From Okeania sp. (GTDB lineage: Bacteria > Cyanobacteriota > Cyanobacteriia > Cyanobacteriales > Microcoleaceae), in assembly GCF_035285525.1 (NCBI RefSeq), contig NZ_JAYKGW010000047.1, positions 8,149-40,148 on the forward strand: a DNA stretch of 32,000 nt. The letters run 5' to 3'. The notes under the pieces were generated by a model that saw nothing but the letters and a program-made list of their open reading frames with translations, was not told the DNA's origin and searched no databases. Below, one piece after another: positions 26,346 to 32,000 of the stretch. The position numbers were made by a program, and so were the translations under genes. Each line of letters begins with the position of its first letter. Position 1 is the stretch's first letter.

Positions 26346-29300
26346 ATGAATAATCAATCATCAGAAAAATTATTAAATAAACTAAGAAATCGCCTAGAAG
26401 CTAAAGATTGGAAAACGGCTAATGAGATTACTTTTTGTCTTTTTTTTGAAACTATTCCTGAAGATATTAGCAACCCTGGATGGATTCATTATCAGGATTT
26501 ACATAAGATTAAAGATGAAGTTTTAAAAGAAAGCGATCGCCTCTGGGTATATCATTCTGAAGGACGTTTTGGTTTTAGTGTTCAATGGCAAATTTTCTAT
26601 CAATTATATCTAGAATTATATCTGGAAGGAAAGCATAGGGATTATATGATGTTAGAAGAAACTTTTGCAGAAAAAGTTGGTCGTATTAGAGCTGCTGGTT
26701 ATGATATTAAAGAAGTTAATTTTAGTTTAGATTTTCCTCAAGGATATTTACCTTGGTTTCACTGGTATGATTCTCAAAACTATAAATTTCGTAGTGGCAT
26801 AACGGGAGGTGGTGGTGTGGGTTGGGAAGCAATTTTTTATGTAGCAGAATTATTAGAAAGAAGTGGTGCAATACCTCCAGAAGGAAAAGTATGGAACCGT
26901 CAAGAAATAATAGAAAAAATAAAAGAAGGTAATCCTAATTTTAGTCGAGGTAATTTAGTAGGAATTGATTTACAAGGGTTAGATTTATCTAATGCAAATT
27001 TTCTCGGTGCAGATTTAAGTCAAAGTAATCTTGCTAAAGCAAAATTAAATAAAACTAACTTTTATTCTGCTAATCTCTATGAAGCTAATTTATCTCAAAT
27101 AGAAGGAATCAATACTTATTTCAGAAAGGCTAAATTGGAAGGTACAATTTTTTGGCAAGCTCAACTTGTTAATGTTGACTTGACTAAAGTTTCTGCATTT
27201 AGAGCAATATTTGATGAAAGTAAATGGGAAAATGTGAATGCAACTGAGGGAGACTTTTTTGCAGCAAATTTTTATTGGGTTATCTGCCAAAATACATCTT
27301 TTTCCCAAGCCGATATTTCCTATACAAGTTGGCAAGAAGCAATTTTAAAAGACTGTAATTTTGCAGAGGTAGTTAAAAATAAAGCTAGACTCAAAATGAC
27401 TAAATTTGTCGGCAAAAATTGGAATAGTCAATTAGACAAGTTAACAACTTCTAAGACAAAGACTTTAGCAAATCTTCCTTTAGCAAAATATAAACCTATA
27501 GATAAGAGATCGCCCACTATTTTTATTATTGATGATTCAATTACAGTTAGAGAATTATTATCTATGACTTTTACAAAAGCGGGATATAAAGTTGTTTTAG
27601 CTAGAGATGGGCAAGATGCTTGGGAACAATTAAAAGTTGGTTTAGTTTGTGATTTTATTCTTTCAAATATCGAAATGCCTCGGATGGATGGTATCGAGTT
27701 TTTATCAAGAGTTAAAAAAGATGAAAAACTAAAAGATATTCCCTTTGCACTTTTGACGAGTAGAGGTGCAAATAGAATGCGTACTAATAACTGGTGGGAT
27801 GAACGTATTGTTGCTCGCTTTACTAAACCTTATATTGAGCAAAATTTATTAGAAACTGTTGCTAATACATTAAAAATATTGCCAGAAAATAAGCAACAAA
27901 CTTTAGCCAAAGAAATTACAAATAAACGACCTACTATTTTAATTGTTGATGATTCTATTGTAGCCAGAGAATTATTAACTATGACTTTTACCAAAGCTGG
28001 ATATGATGTTATTAAAGCCAAAGATGGTAAAGATGCTTTAGATAGATTAAATACTGGCGTAGTTTGCGATTTTATTTTTTCAAATATTGAAATGCCTAAG
28101 ATGGATGGTTTCCAATTTTTGGCAGAAGTTAAGCAAGATGAAAAACTCAAAAATATTCCTTTTGCATTTATATCTAGTACAAATAGAAATAAAAATAGAA
28201 TCAGTAGTAGCTCTTGGAATCAAAGTATTGTTGCTCACTTTACTAAACCTTTTATAGAGGAACAATTATTAGAAACAGTTACTAAAGCATTAAATAATTT
28301 GCCAGAAAATAAGGAAGCAACTTTAGCCAAAGAAATTATAGATAAACGATCTACCATTTTTATTGTTAATTATTCAAATACTGTCAGAAAATTATTAAGG
28401 ATAGCTTTGACAAAAGCCGGATATAAAATTGTTGAAGCTAGAGATGGGCGAGATGCTTGGGAACAACTAAAAGCAGGTTTAATTTGCCATTTTATTTTCT
28501 GTGATACGGAAATGCCTCGGATGGATGGTTTTGAGTTTTTATCAAGAATTAAACAAGATGAAAAGCTCAACAATATTCCCCTGGCATTTCTCAGTAGTCA
28601 AGCTAAAAGGAGAAAAGATATTAGCTTAGAATTAGGTGCGGTTCCTCACTTTACTAAACCTTTTATAGAGGAACAATTATTAGAAACAGTTACTAAGACA
28701 TTAAATAATTTTCCAGAAAATCAGGAACAAACTTTAGCCAAAGAAATTACAGATAAACGACCTACTATTTTAATTGTTCATTATTCAAATACTGTCAGAA
28801 AATTATTAAGGATAGCTTTGACAAAAGCCGGATATAAAATTGTTGAAGCTAGAGATGGGGGAGATGCTTGGGAACAACTAAAAGCAGGTTTAATTTGCCA
28901 TTTTATTTTCTGTGATACGGAAATGCCTCGGATGGATGGTTTTGAGTTTTTATCAAGAATTAAACAATATGAAAAGCTCAACAATATTCCCCTGGCATTT
29001 CTCAGTAGTCAAGGTAAAAGGAGAAAAGATATTAGTTTAAAATTAGGTGCTATTGCTCACTTTACTATACCTTTTATAGAGGAACAATTATTAGAAACAG
29101 TTGCTAATACATTAAGTAATTTGCCAGAAAATCAAGATGAAACTTTAGCCGAAAACTGGAAAAATAAACCACCGACTATTTTAATTATTGATTCTTCAAT
29201 TACAGTCAGAAAATTATTTGTAGGATATAAAACAGCCAGAAAATTATTTGTAGGATATAAAATTGTTGAAGCTAGAGATGGGGGAGATGCTTGGGAACAA

Positions 29301-30578
29301 TTACAAGCAGGTTTAAATTGTGATTTTATTTTCTGCGATACCGAAATGCCGCGAATGGATGGTTTCGAGTTTTTATCAAGAATTAAACAAGATGAAAAGC
29401 TCAAAAATATTCCCCTGGCATTTCTCAGCAGTCAAGTTAACAGGAAAAAAGATATTAGCTTAGAATTAGGTGCGGTTGCTCACTTTACTAAACCTTTTAT
29501 AGAGAAAGATTTATTAGAAACAGTTACTAAGACATTAAATAATTTGCCAGAAAATCAAGATGAAACTTTAGCCGAAAAATGGAAAAATAAAACGCCGACT
29601 ATTTTAATTATTGGTACTTCTTTTGATAAACGGCAAGAATTAAGTCACTCTTTTATCAAAGCAGGTTATCAAGTATTCAGAGATATCCTTGGTACTGATA
29701 GTTGGCAAATATTACAAAGCAACTTAAATAATATTGATTTTATTCTATCCGATCTAGGTAATTTAGAATTATTAGAAAAAGTCAAACAGGATGAAGCGTT
29801 ACATAATATTCCTTTGGCAATTATCCACACTAAAGAAATCCTTCCTTTTATTCGAGAACAATTTGATATAGTTGATTACTTTACTTATCCTTATGTAGAA
29901 CAAAAATTGTTAAAATCTATTGCTAAAATTATAGGTAGAGAAGCAGAATATTTAAGCTTTTTGGAAAACTCAATAGAAAGAGAAAAGGAAAATATAAATT
30001 CTGGTAAACTGAGACAATCTCAAACTCGTTTTTTTGTCGTTGGATTAAATTTAGAACAACGGAAACAATTAGTAACTTTGTTCAGATTTAAACCAAACTT
30101 ATTCTGCCATTTTTTTCCAGAAAATCAACTTCTTAATTCTGGTGCAGATAAATTTAATACTCAATTATTAATATCTCAACTACAAGAAAGAATTATAAAT
30201 AATATTAGCCCTCCATCTTACTTCAATAATTTTTATAATTTATCAAACACTTATAACTGTACTTTCATCCCAGATAATTTACTAAATTATTTTGCCGAAA
30301 TTTCTGATAATTCATCTTCTTGTTCCCTATACCTTCTGATTCAGATTAATGTACTTAAAAGTTTAAGCAAACTAAACTTGAAAGAAGCTTTACCTCAATT
30401 TTCTACTATTGTTATTGATGATAAAAATAAACTTGATATTATTTCTTCTGATTTCTTAAAACAACTGCAACAAAATTGGAATACAAAAGCCTATATTACC
30501 AACCTTAAAGCTCCAGATATTTTGGAAACATTTGCCTCTGTAGTTAATGGTGAAGCACCAATCGAAAAAAAAAATTAA
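26346..30578 (+). CDS. 1410-aa GUN4 domain / pentapeptide-repeat / six tandem receiver (REC) domain protein
   Basis: GUN4-like block at aa 8-175 (WKTANEIT...DLHKIKDEVLKESDRLWVYHSEGRFGFSVQWQIF). Pentapeptide repeats at aa 197-345 (NLVGIDLQGLDLSNANFLGADLSQSNLAKAKLNKTNFYSANLYEANLSQ...). REC-like units start at aa 390, 529, 669, 806, 943 and 1084, each matching PTILI(V/I)DDS..VR.LL...KAGY.V..A.DG.DAW..L......F....EMPRMDGFEFL...K.DEKL..IP.A.LSS.....FTKPF. The uncharacterised tail at aa 1199-1410 has faint REC-like blocks. Confidence 0.9.
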   Translation: MNNQSSEKLLNKLRNRLEAKDWKTANEITFCLFFETIPEDISNPGWIHYQDLHKIKDEVLKESDRLWVYHSEGRFGFSVQWQIFYQLYLELYLEGKHRDYMMLEETFAEKVGRIRAAGYDIKEVNFSLDFPQGYLPWFHWYDSQNYKFRSGITGGGGVGWEAIFYVAELLERSGAIPPEGKVWNRQEIIEKIKEGNPNFSRGNLVGIDLQGLDLSNANFLGADLSQSNLAKAKLNKTNFYSANLYEANLSQIEGINTYFRKAKLEGTIFWQAQLVNVDLTKVSAFRAIFDESKWENVNATEGDFFAANFYWVICQNTSFSQADISYTSWQEAILKDCNFAEVVKNKARLKMTKFVGKNWNSQLDKLTTSKTKTLANLPLAKYKPIDKRSPTIFIIDDSITVRELLSMTFTKAGYKVVLARDGQDAWEQLKVGLVCDFILSNIEMPRMDGIEFLSRVKKDEKLKDIPFALLTSRGANRMRTNNWWDERIVARFTKPYIEQNLLETVANTLKILPENKQQTLAKEITNKRPTILIVDDSIVARELLTMTFTKAGYDVIKAKDGKDALDRLNTGVVCDFIFSNIEMPKMDGFQFLAEVKQDEKLKNIPFAFISSTNRNKNRISSSSWNQSIVAHFTKPFIEEQLLETVTKALNNLPENKEATLAKEIIDKRSTIFIVNYSNTVRKLLRIALTKAGYKIVEARDGRDAWEQLKAGLICHFIFCDTEMPRMDGFEFLSRIKQDEKLNNIPLAFLSSQAKRRKDISLELGAVPHFTKPFIEEQLLETVTKTLNNFPENQEQTLAKEITDKRPTILIVHYSNTVRKLLRIALTKAGYKIVEARDGGDAWEQLKAGLICHFIFCDTEMPRMDGFEFLSRIKQYEKLNNIPLAFLSSQGKRRKDISLKLGAIAHFTIPFIEEQLLETVANTLSNLPENQDETLAENWKNKPPTILIIDSSITVRKLFVGYKTARKLFVGYKIVEARDGGDAWEQLQAGLNCDFIFCDTEMPRMDGFEFLSRIKQDEKLKNIPLAFLSSQVNRKKDISLELGAVAHFTKPFIEKDLLETVTKTLNNLPENQDETLAEKWKNKTPTILIIGTSFDKRQELSHSFIKAGYQVFRDILGTDSWQILQSNLNNIDFILSDLGNLELLEKVKQDEALHNIPLAIIHTKEILPFIREQFDIVDYFTYPYVEQKLLKSIAKIIGREAEYLSFLENSIEREKENINSGKLRQSQTRFFVVGLNLEQRKQLVTLFRFKPNLFCHFFPENQLLNSGADKFNTQLLISQLQERIINNISPPSYFNNFYNLSNTYNCTFIPDNLLNYFAEISDNSSSCSLYLLIQINVLKSLSKLNLKEALPQFSTIVIDDKNKLDIISSDFLKQLQQNWNTKAYITNLKAPDILETFASVVNGEAPIEKKN
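27513..29939 (+). repeat. six tandem coding repeats of 411-423 bp (the REC units)
   Basis: Units start at 27513, 27930, 28350, 28761, 29172 and 29595. 28371-28620 and 28782-29031 differ at only about 3 positions by eye. Confidence 0.9.
29202..29261 (+). repeat. in-frame 30-bp tandem duplication inside REC unit 5
   Basis: ACAGTCAGAAAATTATTTGTAGGATATAAA is followed by ACAGCCAGAAAATTATTTGTAGGATATAAA (1 mismatch). It encodes RKLFVGYKTA + RKLFVGYKIV. Confidence 0.95.
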
Positions 30579-30603
30579 AGATCAAAAATTAAAATAATTA
30601 AAT

Positions 30604-30813
30604 GCAGAATTAACAAAAATATTTTTAGATTTCGACAAAAGTAAAAAACTAATCGAGAAAGAAAAAATCAAAGAAATTAGCGATGAATAATTAATCCAAA
30701 TATTCTTAGATTTTGATAAAGAAGCTAAAAATACTTCTGAGAGTCAAAAAACAATTGAAAAGGAAATTAGCGATGCAGAACTAATCAAAATCCTCTTAGA
30801 TTTTAATAAATAA
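30604..30813 (+). repeat. degenerate tandem repeat (about 90 bp x 2.4) with coding-like periodicity
   Basis: One frame reads AELTKIFLDFDKSKKLIEKEKIKEISDE*LIQIFLDFDKEAKNTSESQKTIEKEISDAELIKILLDFNK*. There is no start codon and an internal stop. Confidence 0.6.
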
Positions 30814-31209
30814 GCTAAAAATACTTTTTTCTGTAAAATCAAGACAGCAGACTTTCGTAGTAATATTTAATTATAGCTCAATTAATAAACCTTTGATCCG
30901 AGACTAAACACAATAGCTGATGCCTAACAGCTAAATACCTAATTAATGAAAACCGATCATATATTTTATCGAATTTTCCAAGAATTACCTGAAACCTTCT
31001 TACGGTTCCCGAAAAATCAGTTGTAGGAATACTTACCACAAAATTCCAATAATTATCGTTTTGATTCAGTAGAATTAAAACAGACTTCCTTTAGAATAGA
31101 CGGGGTCTTTTTATCCCAAGATACTGACAAAAAAGTATACAGCTTCCCATTTTAAAAGTATCAAAAGAATAAGATTCTGTATATTATTTTTATGACTTCA
31201 GTGAAAGTT

Positions 31210-31249
31210 ACTGATAACTAATAGCTGATAACTGATAACTGATAACTGA
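31210..31249. repeat. STRR heptamer array (CTGATAA)
   Basis: CTGATAACTAATAGCTGATAACTGATAACTGATAACTGAA lies inside the disrupted Rpn-family gene. Confidence 0.9.
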
Positions 31250-31520
31250 AAAGGTGTGTTATGATTATCTTTAAAAGTCGTAGTTTTGAACCAACAGACA
31301 GAAACAGGGAATCTGTACAACATTTTTTAGATACTCCCCTCATCAAGCGCATCTATTTGAATGAATTAAAAGTGAGTGAAACAACTCCCTTAGGTGTACA
31401 AATCGTTCAATTAGTTGTAGAAAAAAAGAAACAATTTTTGGAGAGAGCAACCTTATTAATTAATCAAGTAAGACAACAATTTACCAATGAAAATGATCGG
31501 TTGCAATTACTTAACTTATT

Positions 31521-31743
31521 GGTAAGCATTTCCTCCGGAATGCTGCGCAAACAGCCGTCAGCCATCAGCTATCAGCTATTTTTTTTGGTTTTAAATGTAA
31601 ATCTCATCTTTAAGACTATACTTTATAAACATTTCTCTTGATATAAAACTTGATAATGGATAGCTTTAAAAGCAGAGTCTTGTTCCTGTTAACGAAGTTC
31701 CGACCTAGGAGGCTAGCTGAAGTGCTAATAGCTGAATGCTTCC
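31521..31743. mobile_element. MITE-like element, GTAAGCATT family, inserted in the Rpn-family pseudogene
   Basis: Ends are GGTAAGCATTTCCTCCGGAATGCTGCGCAAACAGCCGTCAGCCATCAGCTATCAGC / GCTGAAGTGCTAATAGCTGAATGCTTCC. The interior matches 11620-11937. Confidence 0.75.
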
Positions 31744-32000
31744 ACTTATTGTCAGTTATTGTTCTAGAAAAATTACCACAAATGATTCGTAAGGAGTTAA
31801 AAACTATGTTTAGTATGAATGATTTGAAAAAAACTCGTTTGGCTCAAGAATTAATTGCAGGAATCAAAATAGAAACCAAATCAGAGGCAAAACTAGAGGC
31901 AAAATTAGAAGTGATTCCTAAGTTGTTAAAAAAAGGCTTTTCTGTTCAAAAAATTGCCGAAATTTGAGAACTAGAAGTTGAGCAAATACGAAAAGTTATT

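Larger units (their letters stand above)
30946..32000 (+). pseudogene. disrupted Rpn-family recombination-promoting nuclease/putative transposase (DUF2887/DUF4351-type), continues past window end
   Basis: The N-terminus MKTDHIFYRIFQELPETFL... has an in-frame TAG, then ...YRFDSVELKQTSFRIDGVFL. The middle piece is track ORF 31261..31641. The C-terminal piece is track ORF 31650..31967 (...KLPQMIRKELKTMFSMNDLKKTRLAQE...GFSVQKIAEI*ELEVEQIRKV). It is interrupted by a heptamer array and a MITE. Confidence 0.7.

Noticed and set aside
27090-29404. Minus-strand ORFs inside the giant gene (27090..27335, 27830..28150, 28080..28265, 28370..28573, 28781..28984, 29132..29404)
   Set aside because: They are antisense shadows of a strongly supported 1410-codon ORF. 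The three similar ones simply mirror the tandem receiver repeats.
1254-31249. Heptamer arrays and hairpin repeat clusters as possible CRISPR arrays
   Set aside because: The units are 7 nt in direct tandem with no 30-40-nt unique spacers. The hairpin repeats are irregularly spaced. No cas genes are present in the window.
31261-31967. Two separate genes (126 aa and 105 aa)
   Set aside because: Both are collinear fragments of one Rpn-family gene split by a MITE. The tail of the first ORF and the head of the second are translated MITE sequence.
1-32000. tRNA, rRNA, retron/DGR reverse transcriptase, intact IS transposase
   Set aside because: I read the intergenic regions on both strands and saw no cloverleaf-like T-arm/acceptor signatures, no rRNA-like segments, no reverse-transcriptase ORF and no intact transposase. 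A proper tRNA/ncRNA scan was not possible.

Overview
AT-rich cyanobacterial chromosomal segment, almost certainly from a heterocyst-forming Nostocales-type genome. The signatures are many HIP1 (GCGATCGC) sites, numerous heptameric STRR arrays next to gene boundaries, psbY and a HetZ-family gene. Positions 1-21700 carry conserved genes: SAM methyltransferase, a phosphoribulokinase paralog, an SH3b protein, an M20 amidohydrolase, bioD, a chromosomal ParM/ParR-like pair, psbY (missed by the ORF track), a gamma-carbonic-anhydrase-like protein, a VOC protein, a PHP phosphoesterase, a HetZ-related protein, tsaC, larC and an RTX-DUF192 fusion. The intergenic DNA is saturated with at least four families of small non-autonomous repeats, often nested, and contains a decayed toxin-antitoxin module. 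Positions 21700-32000 look accessory and hold the most unusual content. A multi-pass membrane protein (24407-25714) has a catalytically dead IS607-type serine-recombinase domain as its soluble core. It is followed by a duplicated gene junction. Next comes a 1410-aa protein (26346-30578) built from a GUN4 domain, pentapeptide repeats and six tandem receiver domains, with a possible seventh. None of the receivers keeps a complete phosphorylation site, and there is no recognisable output domain. I consider this membrane-anchor plus GUN4/pseudo-receiver-array pair the best candidate for an undescribed system. No rRNA, tRNA, CRISPR array or intact transposase was recognised. All calls come from reading the sequence and recalling family motifs. 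Repeat boundaries are approximate (a few nt).
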